This document shows positions 51,101 through 63,128 of a DNA stretch of 64,000 nt, in pieces. Made by a program: the position numbers and the translations under genes. The stretch spans positions 806,001 through 870,000 of the forward strand of contig NC_086097.1 in the NCBI RefSeq assembly GCF_963921235.1, read 5' to 3'. The stretch is from Mobula hypostoma. Taxonomy: Eukaryota. The notes under the pieces are model-generated. The model had not been told where the DNA came from. It saw only the letters and a program-made list of their open reading frames with translations, and searched no databases. Within the stretch, counting starts at the first letter, position 1; every line of letters starts with the position of its first letter.

Positions 51101-51589
51101 TATAATTTCCTGGATTACTTTTCGATCCTTTTTTAAACAACGGAACAACATAAGCCACTCTCCAATCCTCCGGCACTTCACCTGTAGACAGCGACATTTT
51201 AAATATTTCTGCCAGGCCCCAGCACATGAAGGATGGTGACCAGTTCCTTATAAGCCTTTAATCTTTTGCTCATGAAACGTAACCAGGGCCAAATCTGAGG
51301 ACATCAGGACAACTCCCTGTGCTTGCATATTCATGGTGATTCCTCCCTGATACAGAGGTATGACCACAAACTTGGGACTTTGAACTTTAAACCAGAGTGG
51401 TGATGGAAGATTCTGGCATCTTGTCAGAGAGGTAGCATTCAATGGGTGATCATTGACTCTCCCAGATTATACACAGATCCCAGCCATTAGTGGGATTCAC
51501 CTGTCTTTAGAGAGTGATAAGTAGTCTATCTGCTTTTAAGTTTCACTGTGATTTCGTGTCCTCTCATGACTTACTTGCTTACTCAGGTT

Positions 51590-51711
51590 AAGGACTCCCC
51601 TGGGGTACAGGAGATTCAGACCCACTCCACACCCAGCCTCTGGGGACGGGAGATTCTGGTCAGCTACACACCTGACTCCTGGGGATGGGAGATTCGGGCC
51701 ACCTCCACACA
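51590..51711 (+). repeat. Diverged monomers of the 38/39-bp GGGGATGGGAGATTCT minisatellite
   Basis: CCTGGGGATGGGAGATTC, TCTGGGGACGGGAGATTCTGG. Confidence 0.8.
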
Positions 51712-52039
51712 TAACTGTGTGGCTAGGCATAGCTCAAATACCATCTATAACTTTACTGTTGACACAACCATTGTTGGTAGAATCTCAGGTGGTAACAAGA
51801 GGGCGTACAGGAGTGAGATATGCCAACTAGTGGAATGGTGCCACAGTAACAACCTGGCACTCAACGTCAGTAAGACGAAAGAGCTGATTGTGGACTTCAG
51901 GAAGGGTAAGACGAAGGAACACACACCAATCCTCGTAGAGGGATCAGAAGCGGAGAGAGTGAGCAGATTTAAGTTCCTGGGTGTCAAGATCTCTGAGGAT
52001 CTAACCTGGTCCCAACATATCGATGTAGTTATAAAGAAG

Positions 52040-53035
52040 TCTTATAGTCATAGTCATAGTCATACTTTATTGATCCTGGGGGAAATTGGTTTTCATTACA
52101 GTTGCACCATAAATAATTAAATAGTAATAAAACCATAAATAATTAAATAGTAATATGTAAATTATGCCAGGAAATAAATCCAGGACCAGCCTATTGGCTC
52201 AGGGTGTCTGACCCTCCAAGGGAGGAGTTGTAAAGTTTGATGGCCACAGGCAGGAATGACTTCCTATGACGCTCTGTGTTGCATCTCGATGGAATGAGTC
52301 TCTGGCTGAATGTACTCCTGTGCCCACCCAGTACATTATGTAGTGGATGGGAGACATTGTCCAAGATGGCATGCAACTTGGACAGCATCCACTTTTCAGA
52401 CACCACCGTCAGAGAGTCCAGTTCCATCCCCACAACATCACTGGCCTTACGAATGAGTTTGTTGATTCTGTTGGTGTCTGCTACCCTCAGCCTGCTGCCC
52501 CAGCACACAACAGCAAACATGATCGCACTGGCCACCACAGACTCGTAGAACATCCTCAGCATTGTCCGACAGATGTTAAAGGACCGCAGTCTCCTCAAGA
52601 AATAGAGACGGCTCTGACCCTTCTTGTAGACAGCCTCAGTGTTCTTTGACCAGTCCAGTTTATTGTCAATTTGTATCCCCAGGTATTTGTAATCATCCAC
52701 CATGTCCACATTGACACCCTGGATGGAAACAGGGGTCACCGGTACCTTAGCTCTCCTCAGGTCTACCACCAGCTCCTTAGTCTTTTTCACATTAAGCTGC
52801 AGATAATTCTGCTCACACCATGTGACAAAGTTTCCTACCGTAGCCCTGTACTCAGCCTCATCTCCCTTGCTGATGCATCCAACTATGGCAGAGTCATCAG
52901 AAAACTTCTGAAGATGACAAGACTGTGCAGTAGTTGAAGTCCGAGGTGTAAATGGTGAAGAGAAAGGGAGACAAGACAGTCCCCTGTGGAGCCCCAGTGC
53001 TGCTGATCACTCCGTCAGACACACAGTGTTGCAAG
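52040..53035 (-). mobile_element. Rex1/Babar-type 'family B' 3' fragment
   Basis: ORF 52191..52790; TAGTCATAGTCATAGTCATACTTTATTG tail. Confidence 0.92.
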
Positions 53036-53754
53036 ATTCTTGGCAGTGTGGAGGATCAGAGGGATCTTGGGGTCCAAGTCCATAGGACACTCAAAGCTGC
53101 TATGCAGGTTGACTCTGTGGTTAAGAAGGAATACGGTGCATTGGCCTTCATCAATCATGGGATTGAGTTTAAGAGCTGAGAGGTAATGTTGCAGCTACAT
53201 AGGACCCTGGTCAGACCCCACTTGGAGTACTGTGCTCAATTCTGGTCGCCTCACTACAGGAAGGATGTGGAAGCTATAGAAAGGGTGCAGAGGAGACTTG
53301 CAAGGATGTTGCCTGGATTGGGGAGCATGCCTTATGAGAATAGGTTGAGTGAACTTGGCCTTTTTTCCTTGGAGCGACGGAGGATGAGAGGTGACCCGAG
53401 AGAGGTGTACAAGATAATGAGGCATTGATCGTGTGGATAGTCAGAGGGCTGAAATGGCTAGCACGAGCGGACATAGTTTTGAGGTGCTTGGAAGCAGGTA
53501 CAGAGGAGATGTCAGGGGTAAGTTTTTTACACAGAGAGTGGTGAGTGCGTGGAATGGGCTGCCGGTGGCGGTGGTGGAGGCAGAAACAATAGAGTCTTTT
53601 AAGAGACTCCTGGATGGCTACATGGAGCTTAGAAAAATAGAGGGCTATGGGTAAGCCTAGGTAGTTCTAAGGTGGGGACATGTTTGGCACAGCTTTGTGG
53701 GCCAATGGGCCTGTATTGTGCTGTATGTTTTCTATGTTTCTATTATAGGTTTCT
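53033..53754 (+). mobile_element. CR1 3' fragment (subfamily of the 36085-41325 copy)
   Basis: Matches 39107-39418 plus 40911-41325; ORFs 53186..53428 and 53433..53654. Confidence 0.92.
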
Positions 53755-54412
53755 AAGGCAAGATAGTGGGTAGATATACTTTATTAGGAGTTTGAAGAAC
53801 TTTGGTATGTCAGCAAATACATTCAAAAACTTCTATTGATATACCATGGAGAGCATTCTGACAGGCTGCATCACTGTCTGGTATGGAGGGGCTACTGCAA
53901 AGGACCGAAAGAAGCTGCAGGGGGTCATAAATCTAGTCGGCTCCATCTTGTGTATTAGCCTACAAAGTACCCAGGACATCTTCAAGGAGTGGTGTCTCAG
54001 AAAGGCGGCGTCCATTATTAAGGACCTCCAGCACCCAAGGCATGGCCTTTTCTCACTGTTACCATCACATAGGAGATACAGAAACCTGAAGGCACACACT
54101 CAGTGATTCAGGAACAGCTTCTTCCCCTCTGCCATCCAATTCCTAAATGGACATTGAACTCTTGGATGCTTCCTCACTTTTTTTAATATACAGTATTTCT
54201 GTTTTTTTGCATTTTTTTAATCTATTCAATATACGTATACCATAATTTATTTATTTATTTATTTATAATAATAATAATAATAATAATAATAATTATTATT
54301 ATTATTTCTTTTCTCTTCTATATTATGTATTGCATTGAACTGCTGCTGCTAAGTTAACAAATTTCACGTCATACGCCGGTGATAACAAACCGGATTCAGA
54401 TTTGGATTCTGA

Positions 54413-56663
54413 TATTTTGGCCATCTGCACACCGGATCCTGGGGATGGGAGATTCTGGCCATGTGCACACCGGATCCTGGGGATGAGGAATTCTGGCCAT
54501 CCGCACACCGGATCCTGAGGATGGGAGATTCTAGCCATCCGCACACCGGATCCTGGGGATGGGAGATTCTGGCCATGTGCACACCGGATCCTGGGGATGA
54601 GGAATTCTGGCCATCCGCACACCGGATCCTGAGGATGGGAGATTCTAGCCATCCGCACACCGGATCCTGGGGATGGGAGATTCTGGCCATCCGCACACCG
54701 GATCCTGAGGATGGGAGATTTTGGCCATCTGCACACCGGATCCTGGGGATGGGAGATTCTGGCCATGTGCACACCAGATCCTGGGGATGGGAGATTCTGG
54801 CCATCCGCACACTGGATCCTGAGGATGGGAGATTCTGGCCATGTGCACACCAGATCCTGGGGATGGGAGATTCTGGCCATCCGCACACCGAATCCTGAGG
54901 ATGGGAGATTCTAGCCATGTGCACACCAGATCCTGGGGATGGGAGATTCTAGCCATCCGCACACCGGATCCTGGGGATGGGAGATTCTGGCCATCCGCAC
55001 ACCGGATCCTGAGGATGGGAGATTCTAGCCATGTGCACACCGGATCCTGGGGATGGGAGATTCTGGCCATCCGCACACCGGATCCTGGGGATGGGAGATT
55101 CTGGCCATCCGCACACCAGATCCTGAGGATGGGAGATTCTAGCCATGTGCACACCGGATCCTGGGGATGGGAGATTCTGGCCATCCGCACACCGGATCCT
55201 GGGGATGGGAGATTCTGGCCATGTGCACACCGGATCCTAGGGATGGGAGATTCTGGCCATCCGCACACCGGATCCTGGGGATGGGAGATTCTGGCCATGT
55301 GCACACCGGATCCTGGGGATGGGAGATTCTAGCCATCCGCACACCGGATCCTGGGGATGGGAGATTCTGGCCATCCGCACACCGGATCCTGGGGATGGGA
55401 GATTCTAGCCATCCGCACACCGGATCCTGGGGATGGGAGATTCTGGCCATGTGCACACCGGATCCTGGGGATGGGAGATTCTGGCCATCCGCACACCGGA
55501 TCCTGGGGATGGGAGATTCTAGCCATCCGCACACCAGATCCTGGGGATGGGAGATTCTGGCCATCCGCACACCGGATCCTGAGGATGGGAGATTCTAGCC
55601 ATGTGCACACCGGATCCTGGGGATGGGAGATTCTAGCCATGTGCACACCGGATCCTGGGGATGGGAGATTCTAGCCATGTGCACACCGGATCCTGGGGAT
55701 GGGAGATTCTAGCCATCCGCACACCAGATCCTGGGGATGGGAGATTCTGGCCATGTGCACACCGGATCCTGGGGATGGGAGATTCTGGCCATCCGCACAC
55801 CGGATCCTGGGGATGGGAGATTCTAGCCATCCGCACACCGGATCCTGGGGATGGGAGATTCTGGCCATGTGCACACCGGATCCTGGGGATGGGAGATTCT
55901 GGCCATCCGCACACCGGATCCTGGGGATGGGAGATTCTGGCCAGCCGCACACCGGATCCTGGGGATGGGAGATTCTGGCCAGCCGCACACCGGATCCTGG
56001 GGATGGGAGATTCTGGCCATGTGCACACCGGATCCTGGGGATGGGAGATTCTGGCCATCCGCACACCGGATCCTGGGGATGGGAGATTCTCGCCATCCGC
56101 ACACCAGATCCTGGGGATGGGAGATTCTGGCCATCCGCACACCGGATCCTGAGGATGGGAGATTCTAGCCATGTGCACACCGGATCCTGGGGATGGGAGA
56201 TTCTGGCCATCCGCACACCGGATCCTGGGGATGGGAGATTCTGGCCATGTGCACACCGGATCCTAGGGATGGGAGATTCTGGCCATCCGCACACCGGATC
56301 CTGGGGATGGGAGATTCTGGCCATGTGCACACCGGATCCTGGGGATGGGAGATTCTAGCCATCCGCACACCGGATCCTGGGGATGGGAGATTCTAGCCAT
56401 CCGCACACCGGATCCTGGGGATGGGAGATTCTAGCCATCCGCACACCGGATCCTGGGGATGGGAGATTCTGGCCATGTGCACACCGGATCCTGGGGATGA
56501 GGAATTCTGGCCAGCCGCACACCGGATCCTGGGGATGGGAGATTCTGGCCATCCGCACACCGGATCCTGAGGATGGGAGATTCTAGCCATGTGCACACCA
56601 GATCCTGGGGATGGGAGATTCTGGCCATCCGCACACCAGATCCTGGGGATGGGAGATTCTGGC
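54413..56663 (+). repeat. Homogeneous 38-bp minisatellite CTGGCCAT(CC/GT)GCACACCGGATCCTGGGGATGGGAGATT
   Basis: About 59 near-identical tandem units; BamHI site GGATCC in most units. Confidence 0.98.
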
Positions 56664-58116
56664 CTCCTCCAAACGTAACCCCTGGGGACGCAAGATTCTG
56701 TCCAACTCCACACCTGACACTTGGGGGAAATGAGAGATCCTGTGCAGCTCCACACCTGACACCTAGGAATGGCAGATTGTAGACAGCTCCAGAGTGACCC
56801 CTGGGGACAGGAGTTTCTGGTCTGCTCCACACTCGACCCCTGGGGGAGGGGACATTCTGGACTTCTCCATGCCAGATCCCTGGGGGACAGGAGATTCTGG
56901 CCAGCTCCACATCCAACACCTGGGAATAAGAAATTCTGGCCAACTCCACACACAGGACCTTCTGTCCAGCTCCTTACCTGACCCCTGGGGGATGGGAGAT
57001 TCTGGCCACCAGGAGTCAGGTGTGGTGCTGGCCCAAATCTCCTATCCCCAGGGGTCAGCTAAGGAGCTGGCCAGAAACTCTCATTCCCAGGGGTCTGGTG
57101 TGGAGCTGACTGGCCCGAATCTCCCTTCCCCAGGCGTCGGGTATGTAGCTGACCAGAATCTCCTGCCCCCCCCCCACCGGGGACTGGTGTGGTTATATGA
57201 GAATCCGCTATCCCCCAGGGTTTGCTTGTGTAGCTGACCAGAATTTCCCCTCCCCAGGGGCATGGGACATTCTAGTCAGCTCCACACCAGACCTCTGGGG
57301 ATGGGGGCCAGCTCCTTGGCAGATGGAAGATTGTGGCCAGCTCCACACCCAGTCGCTGGGGACAGGAGATTCTAGTCAGCTCCACATCAGACCCCTGGGG
57401 ATGGGAGATTCTCGTCAGCTTCACATCAGACCCCTGGGGATGGGAGATTCTAGTCAGCTTCACATCAGACCCCTGGGGATGGGAGATTCTCGTCAGCTTC
57501 ACATCAGACCCCTGGGGATGGGAGATTCTCGTCAGCTTCAAATCAGACCCCTGGGGATGGGAGATTCTCATCAGCTCGACATCAGACCCCTGGGGATGGG
57601 AGGTTCTAGTCAGCTTCACATCAGACCCCTGGGGATGGGAGATTCTAGTCAGCTTCACATCAGACCCCTGGGGATGGGAGATTCTCGTCAGCTTCACATC
57701 AGACCCCTGGGGATGGGAGATTCTCGTCAGCTTCACATCAGACCTGTGGTGGACTGCAGACTCTGGCCAGCACCACACCTGATCGCTGGGGACGGGAGAT
57801 ACTAGTCAGGTCCACACCCGACACCAGGGGATGGGATATTCTGGCCAGTTACTCACACGACCCCTATGGGATGGAAGGCTCTGGCCAGCTCCACACATGA
57901 CCCCGGGGTGGGGGATTTTGGTGAGCTCCATACCCAACCCCTGGAGACTAGAGATTCAGGTCAGCTCTACATCCAACCCCAGGGGATGAGGGATTCTGGC
58001 CAATTCCACACCCAACCCCTGGGGACGGGATATTCTGACCAGCCCTGACCCCTGGATACAGGATATTTTGGTCAACTCCACACACGAGCCCTGGGGGCAG
58101 AATCTTCTGGCCAGCT
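56664..58116. repeat. Diverged field of the same repeat family, with an inverted block (~57010-57265) and a homogenised 39-bp sub-array (~57372-57743)
   Basis: CCCTGGGG...GGAGATTCTGG motifs; reverse-orientation CCAGAATCTCC...CCCCAGGGG; CT(A/C)GTCAGCTTCACATCAGACCCCTGGGGATGGGAGATT about 9 times. Confidence 0.9.
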
Positions 58117-58172
58117 TGGTTATGTAGTAGCTGCCCCCACTTTACCTCTCGGTGTTCTTACTCCTCCCTCAC

Positions 58173-58429
58173 CAGTTGTAGTGTCGTCCAGAGCTTCCAC
58201 ATTTCCTTCGGCCTCCGGCCTCCTGACAGAGGCAACACAGGAGGACACATTGCCTCCGGCCTCCGGCCTCCTGACAGAGGCAACACAGGAGGACACATTG
58301 CCTCCGGCCTCCAGCCTCCTGACAGAGGCAACACAGGAGGACACATTGCCTCCGGCCTCCTGACAGAGGCCACACAGGAGGACATAAGCTGGTGCAGCAG
58401 TTCCTTGGATATTTCATGACACTGACGAT
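58173..58429 (-). other. Candidate internal exon of unknown gene containing a 48-bp tandem repeat
   Basis: Acceptor TCATTTTCAG| with upstream T-rich tract; donor CTG|GTGAGG; open frame DRQCHEISKELLHQLM...KEMWKLWTTLQL. No homology recognised. Confidence 0.3.
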
Positions 58430-58526
58430 CTGAAAATGACTGTTTCTGACGGGTAAATAAAGTTAAAAAGAAAACCCGGATGGGAGTTGGGTTAGCCAAT
58501 CGGAAAACCCAGACAGGAGACAAGGG

Positions 58527-58957
58527 TTTCTGCAGATGCTGAAAACCCAGAGCAACACACACAAAATGCTGGATGAACCCAGCAGGTCAGATAACATCTC
58601 TGGACAGAAATCCCTTAGACCAGGAGTTCACAACCTTTTTTATGCCATGCACTCTAACTATTAATCGGGAGTCTGTGAACTCCAGTTTGGGAACCCCTGC
58701 CTTAGGCGGATGTCTATCCTGTAGAGGCTTTCCTCCTGCTTTCCATGGGAGTTCAGTGAGACACTTCTTCACTGCTATCCCCCCATTATCTTGGCTGATC
58801 TCCAGTAGACAGATTGTGATGCTCCAAAATTCTTATTCTGTCTTCTGTCCCTTCCTTTCCAGTCCAAATGAAGGATCTCAACACCAACCTTGACTCTTTA
58901 AAATTTCCTTAGATGCTGCCTGACCTGCTGAGTTCATCCAGCATTTTGTGTGTTTCT
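58527..58957. mobile_element. Older palindromic Penelope-like element
   Basis: ACACACAAAATGCTGGATGAACCCAGCAGGTCAG (~58557) is inverted against CTGACCTGCTGAGTTCATCCAGCATTTTGTGTGT (~58920). Confidence 0.7.
58621..58699. mobile_element. 79-bp hAT-type (Charlie/MER5-like) MITE
   Basis: TIRs CAGGAGTTCACAA / TTGGGAACCCCTG; 8-bp TSD CCTTAGAC (58613-58620) / CCTTAGGC (58700-58707). Confidence 0.8.
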
Positions 58958-59269
58958 TTTAACGTGGAGAGGAATGGGGTTAGCTGATTGGATCCTCAAG
59001 CCTAATCTGTTATTTAGTGTCTTGGCTGATCTGGTTGTGGCTTTAACTGCAGCTTTCTGTCCCTTTCCCACGCCTGGCAGAGTTTATTGTCATGTGCACA
59101 GATACAGTAAGGCACATGCACAATGGAAAATAACTGGGGCAGCATCACAGGCACTGGCCCTAATTCTCCATAGATTGTCACCAGAATCCCAATTCCTCGC
59201 TACTCAACTACACTCAGCCCAACTGCAACCTCACAAATATGGTACATGCACAGTGGAAACAGTTGTACC

Positions 59270-60031
59270 CCAACTCTCTGTTTTCTATTGGTTAACCAGC
59301 TATTGGTACATCACCCCCAAGTCTATGCATCCTTATCTTATGGATAAGTCTTTCATGCGGCGCCTTACCGAACATCTTCTGGAAATCCAAATAAATAACA
59401 TCCATCTTTTCCCCTCCCACTGCGCTTATTATATCCTCAAAGAACTTCAGTAAGTTTGCCAAACAGGACCTGCCTTTGCTGAATCCATGCTGCCTCTGCC
59501 AGATGGATCCACTTCTTTCCAGATGCCTTGCTATTTCTTCTTTAATGATAGCTTCAAGCATTTTCCCAACTACAAATGTTAAACTAACTGGCTTATAGTT
59601 ACTTGGTTTTTTTTTGCCTACATTCTTTTATGAACAGCGGCATGACATTCGCCATCTTCCCATCTGCTGGGACCTGCCCAGAGACCAGAGAATTTTGGTA
59701 AATTATCACCAAAACCTCTACTATAACTTATGTCATTTCTTTCAGTACCCTGGGATGCATTCCATCAGGACCAGGGGACATAGCTATCTTTAGGCCCATA
59801 AGTTAACTCAGCACTATCTTTTTAGTGATAGCTATTGTATCGAGATCTTCACCTCCCATTGCATTCATAGCATTTCTCTTTAGGATGTTAGATGTGTCCT
59901 CCACTATGAAGACAGACACAAAATAGTCATCCAAAGACTGTCATTTCCTCATTACCCAAAATCAATTCCCCCTTCTCGTCCTCCAAGGGACCTACGTTCA
60001 CTTTATCCATTCTTTTCCGCTTTATATAATT
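59270..60031 (-). mobile_element. Older CR1 RT fragment, apparently continuing at ~63129-63320
   Basis: ORF 59292..59561 QHGFSKGRSCLANLLKFFEDI...IYLDFQK. Confidence 0.8.
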
Positions 60032-63000
60032 AGAACATAGAACATAGAATAGTACAGCATAGTGCAGGCCCTTCGGCCCACAATGTTGTGCCGACCCTCA
60101 AACCCTGCCTCCCATATAAGGCCCCACCTCAAATTCCTCTATATATCTGTCTAGTGGTCTCTTAAACTTCACTAGTGTATCTGCCTCCACCACTGACTCA
60201 GGCAGTGCATTCCACGCACCAACCACTCTCTGAGTAAAAAACCTTCCTCTAATATCCCCCTTGAACTTTCCACCCCTTACCTTAAAGCCATGTCCTCTTG
60301 TATTGAGCAGTGGTGCCCTGGGGAAGAGGTGCTGGCTATCCACTCTATCTATTCCTCTTATTATCTTGTACACCTCTGTCATGTCTCCGGTCATCCTCCT
60401 TCTCTCCAAAGAGTAAAGCCCTAGCTCCCCTAATGTCTGATCATAATGCATACTTTCTAAACCAGGCAGTGTCCTGGTAAATCTCTTCTGTACCCTTTCC
60501 AATGCTTCCACATCCTTCCTATAGTGAGGTGACCAGAACTGGACACAGTACTCCAAGAGTGGCCTAAGAGTTTTATAGAGCTGCATCATTACATCGCGAC
60601 TCTTAAACTCTATCCCTCGACTTATGAAAGCTAACACCCCATAAGCTTTCTTAACTACCCTATTCACCTGTGAGGCAACTTTCAGGGATCTGTGGACATG
60701 TACCCCGAGATCCCTCTGCTCCTCCACACTACCAAGTATCCTGCCATTTACTTTGTACTCTGCCTTGGAGTTTCTCCTTCCAAAGTGTACCACCTCACAC
60801 TTCTCTGGGTTGAACTCCATCTGCCACTTCTCAGCTCACTTCTGCATCCTATCAATGTCTCTCTGCAATCTTTGACAATCCTCTACACTATCTACAACAC
60901 CACCAACCTTTGTGTCGTCTGCAAACTTGCCAACCCACCCTTCTACCCCCACATCCAGGTCGTTAATAAAAATAACGAAAAATAGAGGTCCCAGAACAGA
61001 TCCTTGTGGGACACCACTAGTCACAATCCTCCAATCTGAATGTACTCCCTCCACCACCACCCTCTGCCTTCTGCAGGCAAGCCAATTCTGAATCCACCTG
61101 GCCAAACTTCCCTGGATCCCATGCCTTCTAACTTTCTGAATAAGCCTACCGTGTGGAACCTTGTCAAATGCCTTACTAAAATCCATATAGATCACATCCA
61201 CTGCACTACCCTCATCTATATGCCTGGTCACCTCCTCAAAGAACTCTATCAGGCTTGTTAGACACATTCTGCCCTTCACAAAGCCATGCTGACTGTCCCT
61301 GATCAGACCATGATTCTCTAAATGCCTATAGATCCTATCCCTAAGAATCTTTTCCAACAGCTTTCCCACCACAGGCGTAAGGCTCACTGGTCTATAATTA
61401 CCTGGACTATCCCCACTACCTTTTTTGAACAAGGTGACAATATTCGCCTCCCTCCAATCCTCCGGTACCATTCCCGTGGACAACGAGGACATAAAGATCC
61501 TAGCCAGAGGGTCAGCAATCTCTTCTCTCGCCTCGTGGAGCAGCATGGGGAATATTCCATCAGGCCCCGGGGACTTATCTGTCCTAGTGTATTTTAACAA
61601 CTCCAACACCTCCTCTCCCTTAATATCAACATGCTCCAGAACATCAACCTCACTCATATTGTCCTCACCATCATCAAGTTCCCTCTCATTGGTGAATACC
61701 AGAGAAGTATTCATTGAGGACCTCGCTCACTTCCACAGCCTCCAGGCCACATCTTCCCACCTTTATCTCTAATTGGTCCTACCTTCACTCCTGTCATCCT
61801 TTTTTCTTCACATAATTGAAGAATGTCTTGGAGTTTTCCTTTACCCTACTTGCCAAGGCCTTCTCATGCCCCCTTCTTGTTCTTCTCAGCCCCTTCTTAA
61901 GCTCCTTTCTTGCTTCCCTATATTCCTCAATAGACCCATCTGATCCTTGCTTCCTAAACCTCATGTATGCTGCCTTCTTCCACCTGACTAGATTTTCCAC
62001 CTCACTTGTCACCCGTGGTTCCTTCACCCTACCATTCTTTATCTTCCTCACCAGGTCAAATTTATCCCTAACATCCCGCAAGAGATCTCTAAACATCGAC
62101 CACATGTCCATAGTACATTTCCCTGCAAAAACATCATCCCAATTCACACCCGCAAGTTCTAGCCTTATAGCCTCATAATTTGCCTTTCCCCAATTAAAAA
62201 TTTTCCTGTGCTCTCTGATTCTATCCTTTTCCATGATAATGCTAAAGGCCAGGGAGCGGTGGTCACTGTCCCCCAGATGCTCACCCACTGAGAGATCTGT
62301 GACCTGACCCAGTTCATTACCTAGTACTAGATCTAGTATGGCATCCCCCCTGGTCGGCCTGTCCACATACTGTGACAGGAATCCGTCCTGGACACACTTA
62401 ACAAACTCTGCCCCATCTAAACCCTTGGAACTAATCAGGTGCCAATCAATATTAGGGAAGTTAAAGTCACCCATGATAACAACCCTGTTATTTTTGCGCC
62501 TTTCCAAAATCTGCCTCCCAATCTGCTCCTCTGTATCTCTGCTGCTACCAGGGGGCCTATAGAATACCCCCAATAGAGTAACTGCTCCCTTCCTGTTCCT
62601 GACTTCCACCCATACTGACTCAAAAGAGGATCCTGCTACATTACCCACCCTTTCTGTAGCTGTAATAGTATCCCTGACCAGTAATGCCACCCCTCCTCCC
62701 CTTTTTCCACCCTCTCTATCCCTTTTAAAGCAGTGAAATCCAGGAATATTGAGAATCCATTCCTGTCCTGGTGCCAGCCAAGTCTCTGTAATGGCCACAA
62801 CATCATAATTCCATGTATGTATCCAAGCTCTCAGTTCATCACCTTTGTTCCTGATGCTTCTTGCATTGAGGTACACACAGTTTAGCCCTTCTATCTTACT
62901 ACCTTTACACCGTTTATTCTGCTTCTCTTTCCTCAAAGCCTCTCTATATGTTAGATCTGGTTTTACTCCACACACTTCTTTCACTGCTCTGTCACTCCGG

Positions 63001-63128
63001 GTCCCATCCCCCTTACAAATTAGTTTAAACCCTCCCGAACCCTGCTAGCAAACCTACCTGCAAGGATATTGCTCCCCCTCGAGTTCAGGTGCAATCCATC
63101 CAATCTGTACAGGTCTCACCTTCCCCAG
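60032..63128 (-). mobile_element. CR1 with end of ORF1, complete but disrupted ORF2, and (TTCTATG)n tail
   Basis: ORFs 61794..62984 (APE), 60836..61714 (RT, FADD) and 60098..60820; AGAACATAGAACATAGAATAG tail. Confidence 0.95.

Larger units (their letters stand above)
49493..51218 (-). mobile_element. 5'-truncated CR1, same subfamily as 20491-24700
   Basis: Near-identical by eye to 20491-21985; ORFs 49576..50382 and 50434..50772. Confidence 0.95.
51712..54412 (+). mobile_element. Rex1/Babar-type 'family A' 3' portion, interrupted at 52040-53754
   Basis: Reverse-complement match to 31703-33005; tail AAACCGGATTCAGATTTGGATTCTGAT. Confidence 0.92.

Noticed and set aside
51240..51590. Unique stretch with a 64-aa minus-strand ORF
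   Set aside because: No recognisable domain or consistent splice signals.
52952..53179. 75-aa ORF spanning the family B/CR1 junction
   Set aside because: Antisense family B sequence fused to a CR1 fragment; no independent evidence of function.
54323..57805. Many overlapping 60-220 aa ORFs on both strands
   Set aside because: Artefacts of 38/39-bp units with few stop codons; the same peptide cycles through all frames.
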